A stretch of 43,109 nucleotides of DNA from Octopus bimaculoides (taxonomy: Eukaryota): positions 48,623,832 through 48,666,940 of the forward strand of contig NC_068989.1 of the NCBI RefSeq assembly GCF_001194135.2, given 5' to 3'. The notes beneath the pieces were generated by a model, which had not been told where the DNA came from, made no database searches, and worked only from the letters and a program-made list of their open reading frames with translations. Positions 1-10,691 of the stretch are shown here, in pieces. Position 1 is the first letter of the stretch. The number at the start of each line of letters is the position of its first letter. The translations under genes were made by a program, and so were the position numbers.

Positions 1-225
1 TAGGTATAATAAAAAAATATTCAGACAAATACATAACAAAAACACCAGGACTTACAAATATATATAACATACAGAAAATTGCACTACTGGGTACTGCACA
101 CATTCTACGCAAAACACTTTCAATACAGTAAACATAAGAGCACCACAGCAAACCACAGCACATACCCAAGGCGCACAGAGCTGCGCTCGGTAGTGAAGTG
201 AAAGCACGTTATAAAAATAAAACTA

Positions 226-228
<3 letters not shown>
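1..228 (+). mobile_element. 3' end of an R4/Dong-clade (RLE) non-LTR retrotransposon: ORF C-terminus plus 3' UTR, running into (AAT)n
   Basis: Frame from nt 3 reads GIIKKYSDKYITKTPGLTNIYNIQKIALLGTAHILRKTLSIQ* (stop 129-131). This matches the conserved xQKxxLLGTAxILRKxL C-terminus of R4/Dong elements. A ~100-nt UTR follows and ends directly in AAT repeats. Confidence 0.75.
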
Positions 229-272
<44 letters not shown>

Positions 273-277
273 CAACA

Positions 278-323
<46 letters not shown>

Positions 324-348
324 CAACAGCAATAATAATAATAATAAT
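229..348 (+). repeat. (AAT)n microsatellite with AAC/AGT/AGC interruptions
   Basis: Seen directly. It produces the poly-L and poly-I ORFs 120..332 and 223..420. Confidence 0.98.
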
Positions 349-1345
349 GAAGGAGCCTATAAGTATCTTGCAATAGGGGAAAATGATAAAATTAGAAGAA
401 AAGAAATTGAAGAAATTCACAGTAGAGAATATTTTCAGCGAACAAAGATTTTAGAAACCACATTAAAAGTAGGAAATCTCATATAAGCAATAAACTTGAA
501 GGGTGTTCTACCAGTAAGATATAAAGAAAGAATCACTGAGTGCAGAAAAGATGAGCTGAAGGATATCCTCAAGAAAAGTAACAACACACAATGCATAGAA
601 GCATACACCCTCCAATCAAATGTGAACCACTTATACTGAAGGTAAAAATGAAAATGAGTGTTGAAGAGGTAATGGAACTAGAGTTAACAAGCTTAGGAAA
701 GAAGATCTTGAGGTGATAAGTGAAGAACTATTTACTGGGTTAGCAGAGCCCATAGGGAAAAAGAACAAGAAAATGTAGGAAAAGGGAAGTTAAACTTTGA
801 AGGAAAGAATCTCTATTCAGTGTTTTTTTAAAAGACAAAAGAGATAAGGGGTGATAAGGATATCAAATTCTGATTTAAGATAGTATTGAAGAAAGAGACT
901 AAAGAAATGATTTTTTACAGCACAGGAACATGCTTAAATGATAAATTGGATAGATAAATAAGACTGTTCACCCAAATGTAGAATGTGTGTTGATAACACA
1001 CATAATAACTATAGCTCACAATTGTATTTTAATGCTCAGTTAGCTCAAAACAATGATCACAAGCTTAGAAAAGATAAAATTGTTTCAAACAATTCACTGG
1101 AACCTTTACAAGAGGTTTGGTTTTGTATGCACAGAAACGAGCAATGACTATTTTGCAGGAATAGAGAGGAGTCTTTTTTAAAATGATAAAATGAGATTTT
1201 ACAGGACTTTCCAATACAAACTGAAAGGAGAATACTATATAACAAACCAGAGATTGTGGCTGTTGATAAGAAGAAAGTGTGTCTTGAAACTGACAGGGCA
1301 TGACCATTTGATATTAGAGTCAAGAAAAAGCAAAAGCAAAGCATT
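349..1345 (+). mobile_element. Decayed, 5'-truncated R4/Dong-clade retrotransposon (end of RT, CCHC zinc motif, restriction-like endonuclease)
   Basis: Broken frames give EGAYKYLAIGENDKI (RT end motif YKYLGI), TTLKVGNLIxAIN, AQEHAL, SPKCRMC...IAHIVxxC (CCHC) and DFPIQTERRILYNKPEIVAVDKKKVCLETDRAxPFDIRV (PD-(D/E)xK RLE region). Many stops and frameshifts. Confidence 0.8.
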
Positions 1346-1900
1346 ATATTAACTGCCTATCAAATATGTATATCTACCTATTCTCCTGATACTCTGTCTA
1401 TCCAAAATCTATATGCTTATCCACTATCTTTACATTGTCTCTCTTTATCCAAAGTATATTTATCTATTCTCTTTATATAATGTCTTTTGTCTTTGTTCAT
1501 ATATTCTCTTCATATTCTGTCTATCCACACATATATATTTATATTACACACACATATACATACATACATACATATATATATATATACACACTCTTGCTAT
1601 CAAAGTCTATCAGTTTTCTTTATAGTCTCTCTACCCTGTGTCCTGTGTATATAAATTTAACCATCCACTTTCTTTATATGCTGTCTATCCAATGTCTATG
1701 TTTATCCATATATTATATTCTGTTTATTTAATGTCTATATGTTTAACTGTTCTCTGTATATTTCTCTCTCCCCAATGTCTATCTCTATGAATTCTCTTTG
1801 TAAATTGTCTATCCAATGTCTATCTTTACCCAGTCTCCTTCTATCCAATATCTATATTTACAGTGGAAATATAACAATCCATTCTATGAGCAATCCCAGC
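1345..1900. repeat. Low-complexity region with a recurring (C)TGTCTATCC(AATGTCTAT) motif and (TA/CA)n
   Basis: The motif recurs near 1394, 1518, 1681, 1807 and 1838. Confidence 0.55.
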
Positions 1901-1915
1901 TTGCTGCTGCTGCTG

Positions 1916-1959
<44 letters not shown>

Positions 1960-1990
1960 GATAATATAATAATAATAATAACAACAAAAA
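1901..1990. repeat. Compound trinucleotide microsatellite (GCT)n(ACT)n(ATA)n
   Basis: Seen directly. Confidence 0.95.
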
Positions 1991-1991
1991 T

Positions 1992-2200
1992 AATCCTTTC
2001 TGCTGTAGGCTACAAAGCCTGAAATTTTTTTTGGGGGGGGGAAATTGATTACATTGACCCAGTGTACAACTGGTATCTATATCACTGATCCCATGAAAGT
2101 AAAGATGACCTTGGTGAAATTTGAACTCAGAATGTAAAGAAGGATGAAATGCTGTTAAACATTTTGCTCAGCATGATAATGATCCTACCAACTGGCCCAC

Positions 2201-2202
<2 letters not shown>
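1992..2202 (-). mobile_element. Diverged tRNA-derived SINE of an abundant family (related fragments near 9470-9640, 10040-10110, 14160-14230, 16355-16560, 32410-32490, 34460-34600)
   Basis: Shared core TGAGTTCAAAT(B-box-like)...GTCAACTTTGCCTTTCATC...GATAAAATAAAGTACCAG is seen in several copies in either orientation, usually ending at an (ATT/AAT)n tail. Confidence 0.6.
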
Positions 2203-2255
<53 letters not shown>

Positions 2256-2500
2256 TCATCATTTAAGGTCAGTTTTTCATGCTAGCATGGGTTAGATGGC
2301 TTGACAGGAGCTGGCAAGGCCAGGGTCCATACCAGGTTCCATAGTCTGTCTTGGTTTGGTTTCTACAGCTGGATGCCCTTCCTAATGCCCACCACTTCAT
2401 AGAGTCTACTGGGTACTTTTTATATGGCACCATACCCAGTGCTTCTTACATGGCATCATCACCAGTACATTTTACATGTCACCATCACCAGTGCTTTTTA
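2256..2500 (-). mobile_element. Truncated 3' tail of the RTE LINE family
   Basis: Homologous to 10692-10900 (CATGCTAGCATGGG...CTACAGCTGGATGCCCTTCCTAA). Confidence 0.7.
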
Positions 2501-3479
2501 TGTAATGATAATAATAATAATAATAATGATAGTAATAATAATCTTTTACTGTTTCATGTAATTCTAATATCTTTGAACTAACAGAAGTTTGTTCTGCTAA
2601 ATGAAGTTTTAGTCACAATAGCTTGTACTAAGGGAATATATGAAGTACCAAGTGTTCAGAAGATTTAAATTTATTAACTTATAAAAGTTTGAAGCAAGCA
2701 AATTGCTAAGTGTTGTATTCATGTCAATGTGGATGAGAATTGATTCATTCATGAACAGTGAGCTGAGACAAGCACGGAATGCATTTCAGGATTACAAATG
2801 CAAGATGTATGTGTGTGATTTGTGTTGGAGAAGATTGAAGCAGTATGACCACACAGAAGAGATGTGCAGCAAGAAGATGTTAAATATAAGCAGATAATTT
2901 AGAAGACATGGATTTAGCGAGTAACTAAGCTTGCAAGAATGTGATTGCGTATGCAGTTTGAAATGGAATTAAATGGAAAGACACTGATAGTTTATCTTGA
3001 GAAACTGATAAACTAAAACAAAAATTAAGCTAGAATTTTATGATTCTGCGATATACTGATGCTTAGTGACTGAGTCATTCGGAATATATTAGACTATGTT
3101 ATAAACATCAGCATTCAAAGTTGCCTGCAATGGAAAAATTTGGTTCAGAAATCTTCCTTGAAGAAGGACTTTACATTAAAAGATAAGAATTCTCCTCTTT
3201 TCTTGGTAGAAGAGCATTAATCCATTTGTGCATTTTATAAGCCAATCTTTAGGATTTTGAGTTCAAACCCTGTATTAAGCACTGTAAGGATCTTTCGATC
3301 AAAGCCTATGTCTATTTGTTACAGTCCTACTAACTGGAAAATGGGTTCCTCTCTGATAATGATTTTTGAGGTTGGTATTAAGAAAATTGGAGTGCAAGAG
3401 GCTACTGAATAGAGGAAGCACCTTTGGTGTCTGACAGCTGCACCTTGCTGGGGATGATCAGTTGGACAGGTACCACTGG

Positions 3480-4480
3480 TTTTCATTCAACTCCTAATCT
3501 CCCACTTGATGGCTCCTAGTGTCACACCCCAGTACTCCCACTCCAACTAGTGGGAAAAACCAAGTGAGGGGATGGTGTTAACACTGCATCAGTAGGTAAA
3601 ATATTAAGGCATCCCAAAGAGATACTGGCTAGTGTGGAGGAACCTGCTCAGGTCAACAATTTAGTAATTGGAGTCAAATTGTCTCTCAAGTAGAGGCATA
3701 TGGTTGTGGCTCACAGCTTGGAGAGGAATGGGCACTGCCAAGCTAACTTGCCCATGATACATTCATGAAGATGTCACCCAGGATAACATCAAAAAGTGGA
3801 TTGACCTCAGTTTCAGTGACTCACAGAGGGCAGCAGAAGACAGAAAGAAGTAATGAAACCTGGTTCCAACATCATCAGCAAATGCTCCAATGACCACACA
3901 GTTGATGAATAGATAGGAAGGATTGAGAAAATCATCTTTCCACAAAAAGCACAGTGCCAATGATTTATTTAATAACTAGGGCTCAACTTATGGTCATCTC
4001 ATATTCTTGGGTCTCTTAAAATAACTTTCTACATGGTAATGTGCTGTCCTGTATTGTATTGAAAGCCTGCAATAAATTTCAGCCCCTGACACACCTTCAG
4101 ATTAGAGACATCAGATCACTGATCTTGGTTATTTTTTTCCATGATGCACACTGCGAGCAGAGCAGCCATGTTTACTCTGTAACACAAGAAAGGAAACTGG
4201 AGTGACCAAGGTCAAGAATCGGTTATGTAACCACAAAAGTAACACTTTTAGCATGCAAGTACTGAAGGCAGTGTGGCTAAACTAAAGAAAATTTTGGCAA
4301 AAGTGTGGATAATTTTTGACTTCAATGTGCTAGTGTATCTCCAACAATATAGTTGTGGTCTAGTACAGAGTGACAACAGGGTAACACTGTTAGTAGGAGA
4401 GGTTGGGAAGGTGAAAGGAGAGGAATTTAAAACATGGATTTGTGAGGGTCTCCTAACAGTTCGTGTAATCTATTAAAATC
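3480..4480 (-). mobile_element. Highly decayed CR1/Jockey-group LINE 5' part (APE endonuclease remnant)
   Basis: More GC-rich than its flanks. Minus-strand remnants FDVILGDIF (xILGDFN), IVDLSRF (IVDFPTR) and CSVNTIPSLGFSH (PLGxSDH) occur in the expected order, but alignment is weak. Confidence 0.4.
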
Positions 4481-4962
4481 TCACCCTTTCACACTGCTTC
4501 TGTTTTCATTTTTTTAATTTTCGTTTTTCAGTTACTAATTGCTAATTTCTCAATTGTCACTTTCTTCTACCTGTCCATTCCTCATGTCATGTTCACAAGT
4601 GCTTTAATTTATACTAACTTCTCTTAGCTTAGTGTCCCCTGTTTCATTTCATCTAATGCTACACTTCACTCTCCCCTTTCATCTTCCCAACCTCTCCTAC
4701 AAATGGCATTACCCTGTTGTCTCGGTGCACTAAAATTTTTGGCTTCCACTAAAACTAGCTGTGTAATAGTGAAACAGCACCACCTATTTAGGATAGTTAT
4801 TTAAAGTTACAAAGGGTTGTTGAGTGATAAACCTGTTAATACACTAACTCTTGTCAACTCTTTCATTTCATTCAAGTCAGAATTGTTTTATTTTCTTTTA
4901 ACAGCTGAGACATAGGGGAAGAATACTTTCCATGACCTCTTTTCAAGGGTCCTGTGATGGTT

Positions 4963-5191
4963 TTAATCCTTTAATGTTTGGATTACTCTGTCAAATGTAA
5001 TGCTCATTTATTCAAGCTGCTTTCAGTTAATCATGTCTTATCTTGTAGCTTTGAGATTTCAATGATGTGATTACTTATTTTTAGAGCAACATTGTAGGGT
5101 AGATGTAAGAGGCAGGATCTGGTTAGTTTGAACATAAAACAGGTAGAATATTTAGGCTGGATATGGCCAGTTCAAATGGTAAAGGGGTTAA
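4963..5191. mobile_element. MITE with TTAA-CCCTTT...AAAGGG-TTAA-like ends (piggyBac-type termini)
   Basis: Left end TTAATCCTTTAATGTTT, right end AAATGGTAAAGGGGTTAA. A second copy lies in the opposite orientation at 14264-14491. Confidence 0.55.
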
Positions 5192-5247
5192 ACCACCGTA
5201 AACTACACTACTTAAAAAATTAAAAATCAAAACAAAACAAAACTAAC

Positions 5248-5374
5248 CTTTACTGTTCCTGCAGGTGCATATCCATTGAAAGGTGCATACTCCACATGTT
5301 CATTAGACCAATTAAAGTGTGACTGAAAGTATGTGTTGTTGCCATCTTGGATAAAAACTTGATTTGGTTCAGCC
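5248..5374 (-). CDS. Internal coding exon of a glutamate carboxypeptidase II / NAALADase / transferrin-receptor-like protein (peptidase M28, start of PA domain)
   Basis: Acceptor GTATTTCTTTTCAG|G and donor AAG|GTTAGT; 127 nt, phase 2 to phase 0. Reads (R)AEPNQVFIQDGNNTYFQSHFNWSNEHVEYAPFNGYAPAGTVK, similar to FOLH1 ...HPNYISI...VPPFSAFSPQGMPE. All three plus-strand frames are closed. Confidence 0.8.
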
Positions 5375-6449
5375 CTGAAAAGAAATACATTGCTCATTAG
5401 AATCACCATTTCTTAAGGTACATAATTAATCCAGTGCTTCTATGTATGACTGAACTTGCATGACTTTGTTACAATGAAATAACAACAGTAGATTACCCAG
5501 AAAATTACAATTGTTAGATAATATTTTTCATATTCAAGTACAGAGAACTGTGTAGAACTTGGATCTGGCTTTGGTTTACAAATGGTTGTGTTAGTTAAAG
5601 TTAATGCAGGTTATCTAATAGGGACTTCAAATATAACATAAATAAATTAGACAAGTGCAAGCAATTAAATTAAACTGCGTTTAAGACTGAAAGGATGGAT
5701 TTTCTTCATGGAAGCTTTGGCTGCAATCTCTTGGCAGGTTAAATATAGAACTTATTTAAAGTTAGAGTGGCTGGTGGAAAATTCAGTTATCCAGCAATAG
5801 CATGAAGACTTGAATAATCTAGTTAGTTACCTGGCTTTGTTAGGAACTAACTTGTTTGAGTACAAATTCTGTAAAAATTTACAACAGATTTTGAGCATTA
5901 ATAAAACTATGTCAGTAATAAAACTTGTATTGAACAAGCAGTTAAAATAGTATGAAAAAGAACAAACTAATTACCAACTAACTTGTATGACTAGGTAGAT
6001 ATCAAGGAATGCTTCATGTACATTCCTTAAACATCACCTGTTCTATTAGCTTGTATGTAATTTATAGGCTGTTTTGCATACTCTCTTCATTGTTTTTGTT
6101 TTTCTTTGGAGTGTTCTTGTGAAATTAGATTAGCTAATCCTGTAATAATTGTTTAATTAGCTACTTCCACATAAAATTTGGTGCAATGAGATTCAAATAA
6201 TTTAATTTCAAATAAAACACTAATAATGATATTGGTTTTTTTATATGTCAAGTTTATATAAAATTCTGTCTTCTATTGTTAGTTGATCATCCTATCAAGT
6301 TTTGTTATTTGTTTATTTCATAAGCACAGGCATAGGATAGCTGTAAACCACAAATTCCTCTTTCCCCATAGTGGATGCACAACAAACAGCTGAACATATG
6401 AGAAGGGGTAACAACAACTGTAATCCTGTAGAGACAGAGTCAACTGTGT

Positions 6450-8171
6450 TAACTTTTTATTATCCACAATGGGCAAACAAAGAGGGGACAATACACAACA
6501 GGACAAAAAGTAGGACAGATGTATGAAAAAATGAATGAAAGAGTGAAAAAATGAAAAAAAAAAAAAAAGAATGGAATGAAGCTACTTAGCCCCACCTTCA
6601 AGCAGCCTCATTTATACCTCTCCTCTTTTAAACCCAGTTCCTTTAAGATTGTCTATTTTATATTCTTTTAAAATATTTGTGTACTCTGTAATTAATGGCA
6701 TCTCGTCTCTGTCCAAGTTTACTTCCCAATACTCATTTCCATAATCAGATCTATCTAATGTTTCTTGTTGGTCTTTGGTTAATATAAGACAACAGTGCTG
6801 ACCCTTCACATTATCATACCCCTCAGTCGTCACGTTTTTTACGTCTTTCCATGAAGCTATCTCCTGGTTTAATTTTTCATTTATGTCATATATTATACCT
6901 ATAAAACTTTTTTCCTTTAGCCAGGGGAGGGAAAGTTTGAGGGTCCTTGTGTGCGTGTGTCTTTCTTTTTTGTTTTTGTGTCAGAGGGGAATGGGTAGGC
7001 TTGGTGTCTGTAGGGGGAGGGCGGGGGCTGAAAGGGTGTGGGTTGGGGTTTTAAGTCTGTATCACTTGCTTTCTTTTATTTTCTTTTGTTTCTTCCATGT
7101 TTTCTCCCTTTTCTCCATTGTTGGCGGTAAGGTCACTTCCTTTTTTCCTGTTTCCTCCACCAATTCTGCCATTTCCTTCTCTTGTTCTTCCATTGTTTTT
7201 TGGTTGGTTTCAGGGCAGTTCACTTTAATGTGGCCTTTTAGGCCACATTTGTAACATCGAGGGATTCTGCCCTCCACCTTTACCCTCATTATTACCTCAT
7301 CCATGGTAATGGTTTTCGTTATCTTTTCCAACGTTTCCGCTTACCCTTGAATAGTCATTTCCAGTGCTTGTCCCTTCCACATTTCGCATTGTGTTCTAGT
7401 GGTCTGGAGCACCGTCATATCATCCTCATTATCCATGAGAACTGTTGCTGTTATCCAGGCCACATCTAACTCAGGCAGTAAAAACCATCTACCCATACCA
7501 TGGTTGCACGTCGTCCCAGGTAAGTGGGTAGAAGGACTATTTCATCGTTTTTGATACTTCCTGCTGCATACCTTTTTGTTGTTGCCTTATCTTTCATCAT
7601 CACTTCCACAGTACCGAATTTGTTTCCTCTTGCCAGGTAAGTAATTTCATGCCAAATTGGTCTTAGCGCTTTCTCAATTTGGCTTGCAGTCATGATGTCT
7701 ATTTTTCCTGCTTTAACTGAATACATCTTGAACATAATGGTTCTTTCCACTTACATCACTCAGCATTTCCTGTGGGTGGGGGCAAGGTCCACATGATACC
7801 TGTCCCTACTTAGCAATCCTTTAAAACTTTCAATTTTCTCCATATCGATTTCATTTCCTTGGTGTTTTGCCACATCCGCAAACTTTCTTTCCTTTTCAAT
7901 TTTTCTGTCTATCTTCCCTATTGCTCGCAACAGCTCATCTTCAGAAGATGACACCTTACTAAAGCTGATGTCTGAATAGAACATCTTCTTCTCTATGAGG
8001 CCAACTCTCCTCATAAGAGGAGGGAAAGCACAAACACACTGCCACAAGGCAGCAAAAAACAATTAACAAAAGTGTTCAAAAAACACTGACGCAAAAAAAT
8101 TAAACATCCAAACATGACGAAAAACACTGGAAAAATAATGTACTTACAACTTAGAACAACCTGGGATGGAA
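6450..8171 (-). mobile_element. ORF1-only non-LTR retroelement (L1/Tx1-like ORF1 with putative RRM region and CCHC zinc knuckle), decayed, no ORF2
   Basis: ORF pieces 7760-8062, 7466-7750, 7062-7331 and 6612-6833 join into one ~480-codon disrupted ORF containing EGRIPRCYKCGLKGHIKVNCP. It is followed by a T-rich 3' UTR and AATAAAAAG. Direct repeat TCAACTGTGT flanks it at 6440-6449 and 8172-8181. Confidence 0.7.
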
Positions 8172-10305
8172 TCAACTGTGTCCCAGTTTATTTTAATTGC
8201 AATATATAGAAAAAACAGACAAGTTCACATAAAACTTTTGCATGCCATGTGACTGGCAGTTTTTAATTTTTTAAACAAATGTACAGTGTTTGTTATATAT
8301 TGATTGTGAGTTCAATACACAACATTATAATTACACAAAACTGCATATCTGAGGTGGGCTCTATATGATTTGAAATCCACATGTAAATGGACAGAATTAA
8401 ATGCTGTATTAAAATTGATTCCTCATACTACTGTTCCTTCTATTCCAAAAATAAATAAACAAGAAAAGAAGAGTAGCAGAGCTGTCAAAACAAAGAAAAA
8501 ATGTTTGTGTACATAACATAATATTTTTTGACACCTGTAATATGGTGATGATGTGTTCGTAATGGAAGCATTCGATGGTGTTTATGCAAAGATATTTTTA
8601 TAAATATGAAACTTTTTGAAAGATTCTATCAAATATTGATTTTGAAAAGGATTATTTTAACTAAGATGGGAATGAAATGAAATATATATGATTAAAAATT
8701 GAAATAATCCTGCATGTTCTTCATTTTTAATGAAATTTCTGTCAAAATTTTTTAAAACACATTATAATACATTTCTTTTTCCACATTGTTAAACATGAGC
8801 AGAAGTGCTATAAATTTAGAAACTAGTACTGAATCAATCTTTTTAATATTTGGTTAAAACTATCAGGGAAAAGATGAGTATGTTGGTAGGAAACTAAACC
8901 ACCAGCCATTAAGAAATCTGTATTGTCTCTGGCACCAAAAGTATTCATAGCTATGATGCTCAACTCTCAATAGTTCAGTCCACCTATCTTTAATTCTTCT
9001 TAGATACCAATCAGCCCAAGACTATCTGTTCCTATTGAACATAAACATCTATTTTAAAATGTTCATATGTAAATTAAACCCAGTCATCATAATTTTCTCT
9101 AAGAACCTTTGAAGCTATGTTCCAAACACTAGATTAATAACAACAAAGTTATTTTATAAAATTTCTCTAAATTCTTGATTATTTTAAAAATTCATTTGAA
9201 CACACGGAAAGGTTATTTCATTAGAAATCTGGTCAAAAAAGGGTCAAGTAAATACTGTAGCATAGGAACAATTCCCTGCTAGATATTGATACTTAGTTAG
9301 CATAGTACTGAATATAGTAAGGAGAAAGATGGGCTTAGTTCCTGCATAGGTAAGATGTGAACATAAAGCCTAAAGCAACAGAAGAAAATATAGTCTGATG
9401 TTTTATCATTTCTGTCTTGTTATTTATTATCAGATTGGAAGAATTGTAAGAGTAGAAACAATATATTTTACAGAAATTGTTCCAGCTCTTTATATTCTGA
9501 GTTCAAATCCTGTTGATAAAATAAAGAGTTGATAAAATAAAGTACCAGTTGAGTATTGGTGCTTTATTTTATCAATTAAACCCCACCCTTGAAACTGCTA
9601 GTCTTGTGCCTAAACCAGACACAATTATCATTAATATTAAAGAGGGAGTAGCGTAGTTGATAACAGAAACACAGAATAGCAAAATTTAGATAAATCATTC
9701 TTCTGCATACACTTACGCCCGAGGTGGACCTTGCTATTCACTCTTTTATGACTGACAGAAGTACTAGGAATATATATTTGGAACAGTTCAATAATTTTAC
9801 CAACTTAAAATTATACATAAAATTTCACTTTCGGTCTGTCTAAAATAAATCTTTATCTAAGGACACCACCACTGTCATCATCATCAGTAGCAGCAATATT
9901 ACTTTAGTTAAGTGATATAGAATAAAAGTAATATCTTGGCTATCTAAAATGATAATTTGTCTGTGATTCCTAACTGAAATGGTTTTATTTACATAACTAA
10001 TATTCTTGAGAACGGTAACAGAGTAGCATAAAATATTTTTATATTCTGAGTTTAAATTGTGATGGGAGTCAACTTTGCCTTTAATTCCCAGAGGTTGATA
10101 AAGTAAGTTATCAAACATATAATATGAGTTGATTTAATCAGCCATGCCCATCACTTGAAAGTTGGTTTTATTATGGTGTTGTGCAATGCCATAACTTCTG
10201 ACTCTCCAACAGAGTCCTCTGCTGTATATCTCATCTTGCTTCTTCTTGTTATTCATACTGTGTACTCTTCTCCCTGCAAGTGCTAACCAGTATGCCCAAT
10301 CCTTT

Positions 10306-10668
10306 ACTATTAGTGACAATTGAATTTTTCCCTTTTGGTTTTATATTGCTTATAGCTGCCTTTATTATTTCATAATTTTCACATTACCATTTTGCTGACT
10401 TAGCCATTAATTTATATGGTAAATACTATATTAGCTTAACTGTAAGCGATGAGTAGTCACTACTTTAATTACAAGCGAAACTAGCTTGCTAGTATAGTGA
10501 TCCCGCTTGCTGTTGGGTAGTTATCTCCTCTGTCAGTACATAGAATGTGCTTTCTGTGGCTATAAGGGTTTTTCACTCTTGTTTGTAGCAATGCACCCTC
10601 AGTCACTATTAGTGACAATTGATTTTTCCTTTTTGGTTTTATATTGCATCTAGCCACCTTCGCTATTT
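10306..10668 (+). repeat. Pair of ~45-60 nt direct repeats, period 299 nt
   Basis: ACTATTAGTGACAATTGA(A)TTTTTCC(C/T)TTTTGGTTTTATATTGC starts at 10306 and at 10605. Confidence 0.85.
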
Positions 10669-10691
10669 TATATATTTATATATATATATAT

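Noticed and set aside
2700-2960. RRLKQYDHTEEM resembling LINE RRLRWxGHVxRM; similar decay at about 14540-14920
   Set aside because: Possibly very old RTE fragments, but too degraded to delimit or support.
6318-6426. Strong minus-strand acceptor (CTCTGTCTCTACAG) followed by GLQLLLPLLICSAVCCAS...VVYSYP
   Set aside because: The frame ends in a stop with no phase-2 donor to join the 5374 exon, and the SYP match is too short to count.
8120-8175. Consensus donor GTAAGT on the minus strand after a 28-nt mini-exon candidate
   Set aside because: It lies in the 5' end of the ORF1-only element, and the peptide does not fit the M28 family.
9710-9810. Minus-strand donor GGC|GTAAGT with an open frame
   Set aside because: The sequence overlaps a SINE-like core (GCCCGAGGTGGACCTTGC), so it is better explained as repeat.
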